Shown here: positions 1-12,599 of the stretch, piece by piece | Numbering within the stretch: the stretch's first letter is position 1 | Layout of the letters: every line of letters starts with the position of its first letter | Origin: Chiloscyllium plagiosum | Lineage: Eukaryota | Length of the DNA stretch: 64,000 nucleotides | Direction of reading: 5' to 3' | Assembly: GCF_004010195.1 (NCBI RefSeq) | Contig: NC_057719.1 | Coordinates: forward strand, 60,437,080 to 60,501,079 | Notes under the pieces: generated by a model | The model's input: the letters and a program-made list of their open reading frames with translations, nothing else | What the model was told of the DNA's origin: nothing | The model's database searches: none | Translations under genes and position numbers: made by a program

Positions 1-354
1 GATTTTTAACTTTGAACATATTCAAAGTTTAGATAAAGGGTTGGTCTCTCAGAGAATTGTGAGATATGGCTCATTGGTGAGAAAATGGATTTGAATCCAT
101 GAATCAATCATATTCATATTGAATAATGCAACAGGCTGGACCATTTGTAAAATCTATTTAAGTTCTTTATGTTTTTGTGGTGCTCTGTCATCATGACACC
201 TGAATTACACAAATCTTGTATTGACCATTATCATTTCATTATATTGATTGTTGTCACTGAACATAACAATAATAAGTTTCCCAAAAATAAACCAAAAAGT
301 AGAATTACAGATGTCCCACCTTGCTCTCATGCCTGCTCCGACAGGGTTTTTTGT

Positions 355-1380
355 ATCTTATTAGGGAAAGTGAGTATCATTGGATAGGCCAGCATTTGTT
401 GCTCATCTCTAGTTGTCCACAAAAAAGTGGCAGTGTACCGACTTCCTGAACTATTAAAGTCCTCTGGTGTAGTTATACCCACAGTGTTATCAAGACATAA
501 TTTCCAGGCTTTTGACAATGAAGATATAGTTCTCAGCCAAGGTAGTATATGGTTTGGAAGGGAATTTGCAGGTGCTGGAATTTCCATGCATCAGTTGCCT
601 CAAGTGGTAGAGGGCATAGATTTGGAAAGTGGTTTGGTGAGTTGCTGCAGTGCTGAAAGGCTAAATGCTCAAGGTGGTGGATGGGGTGCTGACCTTTTCT
701 GGGTGACGTTGTGCTTCTTCAGTGTTTTTAGGGCCACATGCATCCAGGTAAATTGAAGTTTATTCTATTAGATTTCTGACTTGTACCTTGTAAATTATGG
801 ACATGCTTTTGGAGGCATGGTGCTCAGTGGTTAGCACTGTTGCCCCACAATGTCAGGCACCTAGGTTTGATTCCACCCTTAGACGACTGCTTGTGCAGAG
901 TTTGCATGGTCTCCCCGTGTCTGCATGGGTTTTCACCCACAGTCCAAAGATGAGCATGTCGATTGGTCATGTTCAATTGCCCACAATGTCCAGGCTTGTG
1001 CAGGCTAGGTGGAATAGCCATGGGAAATGCAGGATGATAGAACATGGGGTGGAATGCTCTTTGGAGGATTGGTGTGGACTTGATAGGTGGAATGGCCTCT
1101 TTTCACATGGTAGGGATTCTATGAAAGTCAGTTAACTGTTTTGGAATTTATTGCTTCTAACTGATTCTTGTAGCCACAGTATGTATTGGTCCAGTTAATA
1201 TTTCTGATCAATGGTAACTCACAAAAAAATTGATTGTGGAGGGGTCAGTGATGATAATGCTATTAAATATCTAAGGGATCTTGTTTAAGATGGTCACTGT
1301 TTGAAACTGGTATGGTGCAATTGTTACTTGCCACTTATCAGCCTTGATACCCAGGTCTTGTTGTATTTGGGCAGGGATAC
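355..1380 (-). mobile_element. Decayed 3' part of a CR1/L2-group LINE (same family as 1480-3470), interrupted by a SINE
   Basis: Reverse of the family tail (ggccagcatttgttgctcatctctagttg...), also seen at 8955-9045 and 10955-11070; no intact ORF. Confidence 0.65.
811..1123 (+). mobile_element. HE1-like tRNA-derived V-SINE (diverged)
   Basis: Head tgctcagtggttagcactg, B-box-like ggtttgattcc, body gtttgcatggtctccccgtgtctgc, tail tagggattctatga. Confidence 0.85.
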
Positions 1381-1479
1381 GCAAGCTTGTCTGATGTGAC
1401 CTAAGATCCATTTAACTCCTCTGAATAGATGACATGTCACAGTGCAATACTGAGTAGTTCTGTAGGAAACAGGAGGAGG

Positions 1480-3470
1480 CAGATGCATGGCAACATTGTC
1501 ACTGTATTAGTAATCCATAGATCCAGATTAAAGCATTGGAGGCATGAGTTCAAATCCCACCATGGCAGATGCCAAACTTTGAATTCAATTCATCAATCTG
1601 GAGTTAAAAAAACTAGTCAAAATGTCAACCATGAAACTATTGTGACTAGTTCATGAATGTCCTTGAGAGGAAGGAAATTTGCTGTCGTTTTCTGGTGTGA
1701 TCTACATGTCAATCCAGATCCTCATTAATGTCACTCTAAAAACGTCTATCAAGTCATATGGCAACACCAACTACTAAATTGAAAAAAACGAATGAAACCT
1801 GATAGATGATTTGGCATTGATCTGCACTGGAAACAGCACAGTAAAACTAGGTGTGCCAACCCTTCAAAACCTTCTTACTAGTGTCTAAGGGTTATGCTAA
1901 GTTTGGCAGAGCTGTCGCACTGACTAGTCAAGCAACAGCCTGGCATTGTCTATAAAGCATGATTCCATGAATATAAGTATGCCTCAGACACTACCATCAC
2001 TTTCCCTGGGTGTATCCTGTCCTAACAGCTGAACAGACCCACCAGAGGTTGCGGTCCACTGGTAATTAGTTGAAAGTCCTCAACATTGACTCAGGCACCA
2101 GGACATTGCATGGCATCACAGGCAAGGGAACCTTCTGCTGATTACCACCTTCACCTGAATCAGTACTTGTCCATGTAAAAACAAACTGTAAAAAACACTA
2201 AGCATCATAGGCACAGAATGTACTCTAAGTGGAGTGCTTCAATGTCCATCACCATGAGTGTCTCAGTAGTACCATTGTTAATGAAGTGGCTGAGTTATAA
2301 AAGATCTAGCAGCTAGGTTCGGTAGGTAAGAAATTGGTGAGGAACCAACAAGAGGGAATAATCTATGATCTCGTGCTCACCAACATAATTGTCACAGATG
2401 CATCTGTCCATGACAATATTAGTAGGAGTGACTGCTCTACAGTCTTTGTGGAGATCAAGTCCTACCTCCACAATGAGGACACCCTTCACTGCATTGCATG
2501 GCACTATCAATGTGCTAAATGGGACAGATTTCAAGCAGGTCCAGCAACTCAAAATTGGGTATCTGTGAGGCACTGTGGGCTATCAGCAACATCAGAATTG
2601 TATCCAATCACAAGTTGTAACTTCAAGGCATGGAATATCCCCTCCTTTGTCATTATAGCCAAGCCAGGCAACAACCCTGGTTAGGAGAAAAGGGCATTCT
2701 TGGAGCAGCACCAGGTATATCTAAAGATGAGATATCAACCTGGTGAAGCTATCTGTATGTTAAACCATAAGTGTAGCATTTGATAGACAAAATTAAGTGA
2801 TTCTACAATCAATGGACCAAATCTAAGCTCTGAAGTCCTGAATTTTCGTAAACTCAACAAATTGCCACTTCTCAAATGATGCATGAGCCAAAGCAAATCA
2901 ATGTGAAAGATAAGGCTAATATGTTTGTAGCCAGCTTCAGCTGGAAGCACTCAATGAATGATATATCCTGGCATGCTGCTGAGGTCCCCAACATCACAGA
3001 TGCCAATCTTCAGCCAATTTAATTCATTTCATGTGATATCAAGAAATAGCTGAAGGCACTGGATGCTACAAAGGCCATGCACCGAACAACATTCTGGCCA
3101 AAGTACTGATGAATAATCAAGCTCCAAAACTAGTCATGCCTCAGTCAAGATGTTCCAGTACAGCTACAACTCTGGTATCCACCAATATTCAGGTGTGGAA
3201 AATTGCCCAGGTACATCCTCCCCACAGAAAGCAGGACTAATCAACCCAGATCAATCATTGTCCCATCAGTCTATTCTCCATCCTCAACAAACTGATCAAT
3301 GGGGTTGTCGACAGTGCTATCAACCAGCACCAGTATCATGTTAGGCTTTGCCAGGGCCACTCATCCGATGGTCTCGTTGCTTAGTGGAAACATGAATCAA
3401 AAAAGCTGAACTCAAAAGGTGAGATGGGACAAATTGCCCTTGACATCAAACCAGCATTTGACCAAGCATG
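1480..3470 (+). mobile_element. Decayed LINE: tRNA-like 5' head followed directly by APE endonuclease and the start of RT
   Basis: B-box-like gagttcaaatccc at about 1546; remnant motifs LVKQQP, FNVHH (GDFN-like), YDLVLTN and SD(H), then ALDIK.AFD at about 3435; many stops and frameshifts. Confidence 0.7.
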
Positions 3471-5409
3471 AATAGTAGAAGAAGATTCAACGGTGGCATT
3501 CAAAAGAGACCATTTCGATCATTACCTAAAAAGGGGAAAACATGCATGGCTATTAAGAAAAGGTACTTAAGTGGTACTCGGTAAAATTCTTTTGTAGACA
3601 GCCAGCACTGCACAGCAGGCTGAACAGCCTCCTTCTATGCTGAAACCATCCTATGATTTTTTTGATTCAAGCTACTAGCCAAAAAAAGGGAGCAGTAGTT
3701 CTGAAGTTGAACTTGTTATGTCTCCATGAGATTCTAAAGTATTTACTCAAAGGTGAGGTGCTGTTACTTTACATTGGAAGAGCAAATGTAGATTAGGTCA
3801 TCACTCTGCTGAATACCTCTGTCCATTTCATAAACATCACCTTGAGATTCTACTTGATTATCATTTTAATTCTCTGTACTACTCTCGTTCTGACCTCTTA
3901 ATCGTTGACCTCCTATATTGTTCCAAGTAAGTTAAAATGAAGCTTGAGGAAGAACACTTCATCTTTCTGCTGCTAACTCTGTTTGTCTCAATTTTAAAGG
4001 TCAATGTGTTTTTATCTTTCGGTTTTAAAAAGCTGTAGACAGAAATGAGAAAGAAATGTTTTAAAAACCAGCATTTAAAAGGGTTGCTATATGCTTTGGA
4101 AGCAAGTACCCTGACACCCATGCCAAGCATCATATAAAGAACTGTTTGAACAAGCAATAATTTAAGATTGAGTCACAAATTTGCAATCAAGATGGTACAT
4201 GGATGCAGCTTTTATTAGAAGCAGGAAGTTGATTGGTCTATGGACTAATGACCAGTTATTGATAACAAAGACATATTGCCTGTCAACATTCGCTGGACTG
4301 GTTCCCAGGTAACTGAACAGCTTACAGCTTGGAGCTGGGAGCAAGTTACACAGAGTGTTCCATTCTTCACCAATTTGAGTGGTCTTTTTGTTCTCAGCAG
4401 TCCAAACTTACTGTTAACTTAAAGAAAACCAGTTTATCTTTCCTACAATAGTTGCCATAAGCTATGATTTTAACTGATAAGTCGGAGAATTTTTAAATGT
4501 GAACCAGCACCTTGTGTCTCTTACCAAACAGTAGAAGCATCAGAGAAAGACGACTGAAGAAACATGCAGGCAAGCAGCAGAATCATAAGAATAATCTTAG
4601 CCACAGAACCTGGAACAAAGACTATTGAATTGTCTTTCCAGTTTTTAACATTTGCATGTCTGTAATGGGATGTTTGAAATTTTAGTCACATTGTAATTAA
4701 TAGTGTAATAGTCTAGCATTTTATGACTGCTTATTTGTCGAGTCTAACTACTTGAAATAAGTAGTAATTCTTGTTCAGTAAAGAAACGTGGTTAATGTTT
4801 TCTACCAACCTAGGTCTGAAGGTCAAGTACATAGAGGAAAGTTGAGTACTTGATAAAATCTTTAACTTGTATGATGAACTTTTGTGAATAATAGGATTTG
4901 ATTTCCAGTGCATTGCCCAGTATGTTTCAACATACCATCTAGGCTAACTGGCCTGTTGGGTATTTACACAATTTTGTGTTTATATTTCCATAAGAGAAGT
5001 CATATCAAACTTGAAAAGGTAACTCTCTCCTTAGATGTTGCCAGACTTGCTGCATTTCTCCAGCATTTTCTGTATTTGTTTCAGATTTCCAGAATTTTGC
5101 TTACATAATATTTTTCTGTAAATATATGCTGAGTATGTTGAGGTCAAAGATTTTTTCAGGAAGTAATAGGTAAATGGAAAATATTAATGACAAATTTACA
5201 AATTCTGTCCCTTTGAAGTATAAAATACAATATAGTTTTATCATATTTGTCTGTTAGAACTGTAAGAGGCTGGGAATAATTCATTCATGATGTAAATATG
5301 TAAAAAATCATATATATTTATATAAATTTATCAGGTTGTAATTACACGTTCCTACTGTGATCATATCACTGCATCTCTAGTGCAGAGGAAGCATAAATAC
5401 AGAGCATGA

Positions 5410-5795
5410 CAGTTTGATTGGTAGAGGCGTTGTCATGTTAACACCAATTAGATGATGGCTGACAATTAACTATCAAACTTTAATTAAAGTTAAATCAGGC
5501 AAGTTCACTCTAATTGGGAAATTCATTGTCCTGTAAGCTGAAACAGAAAATGGCTGACACCTGTTTTGTTCAGATGTAATGTGTGTTCACGTTCTTTCTC
5601 TCTTATGTACCTTCCATTATGCTCAAGTGTCCCACACTGTGAGCCCAACTGACAATCCTAAATTGGTTGACATTATAATTCTTTGTGCACTTGGGTTATT
5701 TCGTAAAGGCTGTCCAATCACAGAATCACTTCTAATGTCAGACACTGTTTTAGGTTTTGCAATCCGGGGCTAGTTGTGTCCAGTCATTACCATTC
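5410..5795 (-). mobile_element. Penelope-like element 3' end (GIY-YIG C-terminal remnant)
   Basis: Minus strand reads DSVIGQPLRNNP...NYNVNQFRIVSWAHSVGHLSIMEGTY, resembling PLE endonuclease C-termini; an inverted partial copy lies at about 5805-6110. Confidence 0.55.
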
Positions 5796-5854
5796 CTATT
5801 CTTTGCAGACAGAACTAACAAGTACACTCATTTTTAGCTTAACAAATAGGTGCC

Positions 5855-6023
5855 AACCATTGCCTGGTTCTTGTCAGAGGGCAATGCCTTGACCAATTAA
5901 CCTGCCTGATTTAAAACTTAAACAAAGCATATTATTTAACCATTGCCTGGTTCATGTCAGAGGGCAATGCCTTGACCAATTAACCTGCCTGGTTTAAAAC
6001 TTAAACAAAGCATATTATTTAAC
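5855..6023. repeat. Tandem duplication, 83-bp unit x2
   Basis: aaccattgcctggttc...catattattt at 5855 and 5938, two mismatches, aac microhomology at the junctions. Confidence 0.95.
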
Positions 6024-6139
6024 ATCATCAACTAGTACATTCCCCATGACAGCAGTTCTACCCATCAGAGACCATTTGCCAACCAATCAGCACTATTCTC
6101 AAGGTTTAAATATTGCTTTCCCTGTACATTACATTTTGT

Positions 6140-7640
6140 TGTACTCTAAAATAAAATATATCCTTCTTTAGGCAAAGAGTCTAAAAACTGTATTCCAAGT
6201 GTAGTCTTCTCAAAATCCTGTAAAATTGCTGTCAGACTTTACTCTTCTATTGCGGTCCCTTTTAGTAAAGACTAACTGTACCTGCTTGCTAACTAGTGAT
6301 TCAAGTACAAGGTTACCTTGAAATATCAACATTTTCCATTTTCTCATCTTTTAAAAATGTTCCGCTATAACATATTTCTCACCAAAGTGTTAGTATTTAT
6401 TTCTCCACATTATGTTCCATCTGCCGCATTCCAGTCAGGTCACAACCTGCATAAATCCTTTTGCAGCCTCTTTGCATCTTTCTCACAGCTACCTTTCCCG
6501 TGCAACGTTTTATCATCAGTAAATTTGGTATACAACACTGAGTCCCCATCATCTGAGCTAGTAACACAATTGTAATAAAAACTAACATCTTGTAAATAAT
6601 ATATTTATTCTGCCTTTCTAAGTTCTGTCAACCAATCCTCAGTTCATTCCAATATATAATCTTCAATCACTTAAATCCTAATTTATGTAATAATTGCAAC
6701 ACCTTTTTGAAAGCTTTTAGAAAATCCAAATAAGCAGCATTCACTAATCCCCTCTTTTCCACATCACCAATTACAACATAAGGAAACTCTTCACAGATTT
6801 GTCAAACATTATCTCTTTCATACATCTATGCTGACTTGGTTTAACTATACCAATATGATATTCCAAGTGCTCTCTTATTCATCACTAATAACAGATTCCA
6901 GCATTGTCTCTACTTCTGATGGCAAGCTAACTGTTCACTTTTTCCTCCCTTTCCCCTTTATTGAAAAGACTGGTCAGAACTACTACCTTCCAAACTGCAG
7001 AGACCATTTGAGCACTGAACAATAAAGTGGACTTGAGGCTGGAGATCCGCCATAATTGCAGTTCACAGCAGACCAGACTTGAGTTGCTGTATGGTCTAAT
7101 CCTGCTATATTTCTTGTCTTATTCTAGAAAGGGTGGCATGGTGGCACAGTGGTTAGCACTGCTGCCTCGCAGCGCAAGAGACCTGGGTTCAATTCCTGCC
7201 TCAGGCAACTAACTGTGTGGAGTTTGCACATTCTCCCTGTGTCTGTGTGGGTTTCCTCCCACAGTCCAAAAATGTGCAGGTCAGGTGAATGGGCCATGCT
7301 AAATTGCCTGTAGTGTTAGGGGAATGGGTCTGGTTGGTGCACTTCGGTGTGGACTTGTTGGGCTGAAGGGCCTGTTTCCACACTGTAAGTAATCTAATTT
7401 AGAATACAGGGAAGATCAGAACGAATGCATCCCACTATCTCTGTAGCCACACTTTTAAAATCCTAGGGTGTAGGCCATCAGGTTCTGGGAATTTGCTGCC
7501 TTTTAGCCTCATTAACTTCTTCTGTGGTATTTATTTACTGATATCTTCAACATTTTCTTTCCATTTGCACTAGACTTTGGTTCCCCATTAACCCGGAAAT
7601 GTTTTTTCTCTCTTCTACAGTGAAGGCACATACAAAAAGC
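6140..7640 (-). mobile_element. Highly decayed CR1 LINE fragment, interrupted by a SINE
   Basis: Reverse-strand RT remnants (tcatcagtaaattt = KF.DD region; ttttgaaagcttttagaaaatcc = DF.KAF region). Confidence 0.55.
7131..7398 (+). mobile_element. HE1-like V-SINE
   Basis: gggtggcatggtggcacagtggttagcactgctgcctc head, gggttcaattcc B-box, tail cacactgtaagtaatctaat. Confidence 0.93.
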
Positions 7641-9049
7641 TGAATCTTCCTGGCCCCATGGCAGAGAGCCTGGAGAGAAGGGTTATGGGGAGAGCGCAGG
7701 AAAATCAGATCAGCAATGATCTTATTGAATGGTGCAGCAAACTTGAGAGGTTGAATAGCCTACTCCTGGTGCTATTTCTTATGATCTTATGGGGAAATGG
7801 CAGACATTTCACTCATACATTCCTTCTGAAACTTTCCAGGGTGAACTGTGAGGTGCAACACAGCAGATAGGGAATTTATATAGTTACGACTCTAACTACA
7901 ACCACTGGCAAAGAGGTCCTCACTTCCTATGGTGGCCAACCAATAAGGTGGTTTCCACACAGCAACACAGCCAGAGGTTTGATACTGTGAAACAGAAGCC
8001 GCCATCAAGAATGGCCACATCCCTGGTCCAAACATTTTTTCCATATGCCTCTATATCTGAAAACCTAACTTCCCTTGATAGCCACATTTAGTCCACCACT
8101 GCACATGGGGTTTTTATTTCTTCAGATAATGTATAATGGTTGCAACTTATGCAGCAATGGCAACATCTCAAGAATTAATGATCACCCAATATATATCTGT
8201 TAATCCCTTATATCTACATAGCTTGTTCTTCTCAACTTTATGCTCCTAATTTCAGACTTAACTAAATGATTCCCAAACCCAATAAAAAGTTCTTTTTTAA
8301 TGATCATGCTTCCCTAGAAGTTTTTGTTTTACTACAAGGTTATGAATGAGCCCTCTCACCAACGCTTTCACCGCACAACACTCAAACTGGAATAACCTGT
8401 TTCTGACTGTTTCCTTAACCCACCGATCGATGAAAATTACCTTCTATACATTTCATGAATTACTCTCCTAAATCATTATGATACATTTGTTTTGCCCAAT
8501 ATTTACAAAAATGAAAGTTGCCCAGAACTATTGTATTGTCCCTTATAAATGAGCTTCTAGCCTTTTAATTTATACTTTGTTTGAAACTACAACTCCTGCA
8601 AGAAGGCCTATAAACAACCCCCGAAAAAGTGGTTTATGCCTGTGTTGTTTCTTTGATCCAACTAAACTAATTCTACACATTGATTTTCCAAGCTTAGATC
8701 TTTTGGGATACAAACTGGATATGGCCTGAAAACTGGCACATGGATCTTAATGGTGGACTAATTGTTCCTTGTTTGTTGTGATACAGGTAGGAAATAAACA
8801 CTTAGTTGCCTGATAATTTAAATGATAATGGCAAGCATCGATGTAATAAGCATGCTACCAAGTAACTGAGTAACTTTCCTGCACCTTAAACCTCCTCATA
8901 TGCCTTTCTATTTTCAGATACCCAAGAACTGTCACTTAGTGCTCTATTTTTAAAATTCATTAATGGGATTAGGACATCACTGGCTCGGCGAGCATTTATT
9001 GCCCATCCCTAATTGCCCTGAAGGCAGTTGAAATCAATCACAATGTTAG

Positions 9050-10690
9050 CATCCTGAACACAGCTACATCTGCATCCAGTCCTGACCATCAGACATAACT
9101 TCTCCCCAACATCTTCATTTTGGACACCTCTGGATGACCTTGGTGGAGTTTAGCCAGTATCTGACAGCAGCCTTTGCTCGGGACTGTCAATATAGCCCTC
9201 CATAATAAAATGTCATCCTCTACAGCAATCTGGTCTTGCTGGGTCCACAAAGTTTTAATTCTGTTTGTGATGGCCCTTTTGTATCTGCCATCACAACCAG
9301 CTGTTTTAGTTTTGCCCTGACTGGATTTTTTTTGTCCACGGTCTGATATTGCTAGTGGTAACCAGAAGGAAGGGTGGCCATAACGTTTAAAACCAGAACG
9401 GACCCTTCCAGTGGTGGCATCACTGGTGGCGTAGAAGGCAGCTCAAGGCACCTGCATTTGCCACTTGACCAGCTGGATGATTTTCCAACTTGTAATTGTA
9501 TGCACTTAGAATGAGAGCACACTGCTGAATTCAACCTGAAGCCATGGGTGGCACGGCCTTGTCCTCTTTGAGAAGCTCTATCAGGGATTTGTGGTCTGTA
9601 ACTATTACAAATTTACATCTGTAAAGGTACTGGTGGAACTTTCTCACACCAATGATGATCATCAAACCTTCCTTCTCTATTTAGGTATATTTGCACTCTG
9701 CCTCAGCCAAAGTACAGGAATTATATGCTATTGGGCATTCCTCTCCATTGGGCCATCTGTGAGCCAACACTATCTCAGTATCGATTGAGAAGGCATCGGA
9801 TGACAGCACTGGATCTCGTTTTGGGATCATAATGTGCCAACACCTTAAATGATGATAGCTGCTTCTTCACTTCCGTAAATATCATGTTCTATGAGACCAG
9901 TTTTCCATAGTAGATGTAAGGGCACCAGATTGGAGGCCAGGTTACAAATAAACTTTCCATAATAACTCAACAATCAAAGACAGACCGAAGCTATGGTACA
10001 GATGTAAAAGCCGAGGCACCTTTGATCGCCCTCACTTTACTTTCCAACTGGTGTAACTCGGTCTTGTCAACTCTGTAGCCCAAGTAGGTCACTTGGGGTG
10101 CCTGAATCACACATTTTCCCCTTCTAAGGCATATGCCCAGCTTGGATAAATATCTAAGGACTACTTCCAGGTTCTCTACATGCTCTTTATTGGTGTTCCC
10201 TGTTATTAGATAAACGATGACCTGGAATAGACATTGTAAAATATTCCCCATTGCAAGAGTCATCTTTGAGTTGAGGTAAGCATTTCTGGCGTCATGAAGA
10301 CAATGAGGACTACAGAGTTGAAAAAGTGTGGCACTGGAAAAGTGTGGCACTGGAAAAGGCGCAGCAAGTCAGGCAGAATCCGAAGAGCAAGAGTGTCTTG
10401 AAGAATGGTTCTGCCAGAAATGTCGACTCTCTTGCTCCTTGGATGCTGCTTAACTGCTGTGCCTTTTCTGCCATTATGCTATTATTTGGAAGCTTAATTC
10501 ATTCAATCCTGCCAATGAAGACTGGGCCCAGTTTGTGGAAAGAATGCATCATTTTTTTCTGGGCAAATGACGCTGGGGCAGGTGTGACATGCTTCGCCCT
10601 GAAAGCATCATGAAGGAATTTATGGCCTTGGATACTTGTGCAGCTACTCAAACTGCAGCCCATCCATTTCATGCTCCTAGGAGCTTCACA
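9050..10690 (-). mobile_element. Decayed Gypsy pol fragment with standard RT-RNaseH-INT order, no LTRs seen
   Basis: Minus-strand remnants VTYLGYRVDK (RT), IEKEGL..I.GVRKFHQYL...VTDHK (RNase H) and SKMKMLGRSYV.WSGLDAD (integrase zinc-finger region). Confidence 0.8.
10324..10453. mobile_element. Decayed palindromic Penelope-derived cassette (family A) inserted in the Gypsy fragment
   Basis: gtggcactggaaaaggcgcagcaagtcaggcag...ggatgctgcttaactgctgtgccttttctgcca inverted arms; 16-bp tandem duplication at the left end. Confidence 0.75.
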
Positions 10691-10699
10691 TGAGGACTA

Positions 10700-12000
10700 T
10701 AAAACAATCTATGATGCCAAATCACAAAAGGATATTAGAACAGATGACCGATATTGTGGTCAAATACGTTTTAAGGAATGACTAAAAAGAGTGAAGGGAT
10801 GGAAACCGGTAAAGTAGTACAGCAAGGGTATTCTAGAGTTTAGAGCCCAAGCTGCTAAAAGCACAGCCACTGATAGTGGAATGGCTAAAAATAAGGATGC
10901 TGAAGAGGTCAAAATCTGTGGAGCATAGATCTCTCGTGGAGTTATCCACATTATTCATTCATTGCATGTGACTTTCACCGGCCAGGCCATATTTATTGCC
11001 CTTCATTAATGACTTAAGAAGGTGGTGGTGTGCTGTCATATTTTACTGCTGCAGTGCATGGGTTGTATGTACATCTCGAGTTCTGTGAGAAAGAGAGAAG
11101 AATTGTCAGGTTGGATGAAATTACAGAGAAAGGGAGTGGCTAGACTATGGAGGAATTTGAAAACAAGGATGAGAGATTTAGAATCCAGATGTTGCTTAAC
11201 TGGAAGCCAAAGTAATAGCGGGGTGAGTGGACCTTTGTGCAAGCTAGGACACAGACATTCAAACTGATGTTAAGTTTGTGAAGGGTAAAACGTGGGAGGT
11301 TGACCTGGATTGCATTAATATAGTCAAGACTTGAGGTAACAATGGCATGGATGACAGTATCAGAAGCAGATGAATTGTGGTAGAGATGGAGTCAGGTGAT
11401 GTCACAGAGACACAGAGTTAGTGATTGCTCTTAGTGATACCATTGTACATAGTCAGAAACACATGCACTAGTCAAGCATAATATCTGGGTAGCCAACAAA
11501 CTGGTTCAGCCTCAGATTGTTGTCAGGGAATCATATTGAGTCAATAACAACACATTGTAAAATTGAGGTAATCCAGAATTCTGCTGCTGGGGGGTTTAAC
11601 TTGCAGCAAATCCTATTCTCCTGGCACCCTGTGCTTAGTGACTTACATGGTGCCCTGCCAAGCAAAATCTTACTTTTAAAATTCTTATCCTCATTTTCAA
11701 ATCCTTCCATGCCTTTGTTCCTTTACGACACTGCAATCGGCTCCAACCCCACAACTCTCTGAGAATTTGCACTTCTCTATTTTAGGACTCCTGTGTGCAT
11801 TTTCAATCATAAGGGCTGTGCCATTGATAGCTGTACCTTCAATTGCCTAAGCCCTCAGGTCTAGGATTCCTTCATTAAATCTCTCCGTGACTCTGTCACT
11901 TTTCTGCTTTGATTTCTTAAATTCTACCTCTTTGACTAAGCATTTGATCATCTGACCTAATATCTTCTTGTGTCCTAGTGTCAAGCTTTTATCATGATCA
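10700..12000. mobile_element. Two decayed L2-type LINE fragments in opposite orientation (about 10700-11515 minus, about 11545-12000 plus)
   Basis: Both give L2 C-terminal-like peptides (LLWLPVKQHLDSKSLILVFKFLHSL; cttaaattctacctctttgactaagcatttg = LKxYLFDxAF). Confidence 0.6.
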
Positions 12001-12599
12001 AGTAACTTCTTCAAGATATTTCATTTCATTCCCAACTACACCATGATTTGATGTCCACTCTCCCCTGGGACACCTCACTTACCCACACCAGACCTGATGT
12101 CCCCTTCCCCTGCTCTGGGCTCCATCTGGTAAACCCCCATTTCCCTTTGCTTATTCTGAACTCCTTCTGCCTGTCCCAGGTAGTTGTGCGCTCAGGGAGA
12201 ACTGTCATAATGGAAATATGGTTCTGTATTTCTGAAGAAGCCATAATCAGAATCTCCGAGAGGAAATGTGGGAATCTTGGTTTTACTAAAAAAGGGTTGA
12301 GTGGCAATGTACATGAGATTGCCACTTCTTGTAAAGTCCAGTCAATCATAATTAGCTTGCAAATTTTAGAAACTTGCATACAAATTTTTTTATAGATGAG
12401 CAAGGGACACATAAATGAGCCCGATTCTATGCAGTAATTATCCAAAGTCTGAAAATAAAACACTTCATCAGTAATGAACAAATTTGCTTTTGTACCAGGG
12501 TTGTAAAATATAAAATTTGAATTACAGTTTTAGCAATTATTATTATGTTTAACAATATTTTATTATTAAAAGAATATCAAAAAAGGGTATATTTTCCTC

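Noticed and set aside
7131..7210. tRNA-like sequences at SINE heads
   Set aside because: They are A/B-box heads of HE1 SINEs continuing into V-domain and tail, not tRNA genes.
7870..8940. Possible decayed LINE or other repeat
   Set aside because: No diagnostic motif recovered by eye.
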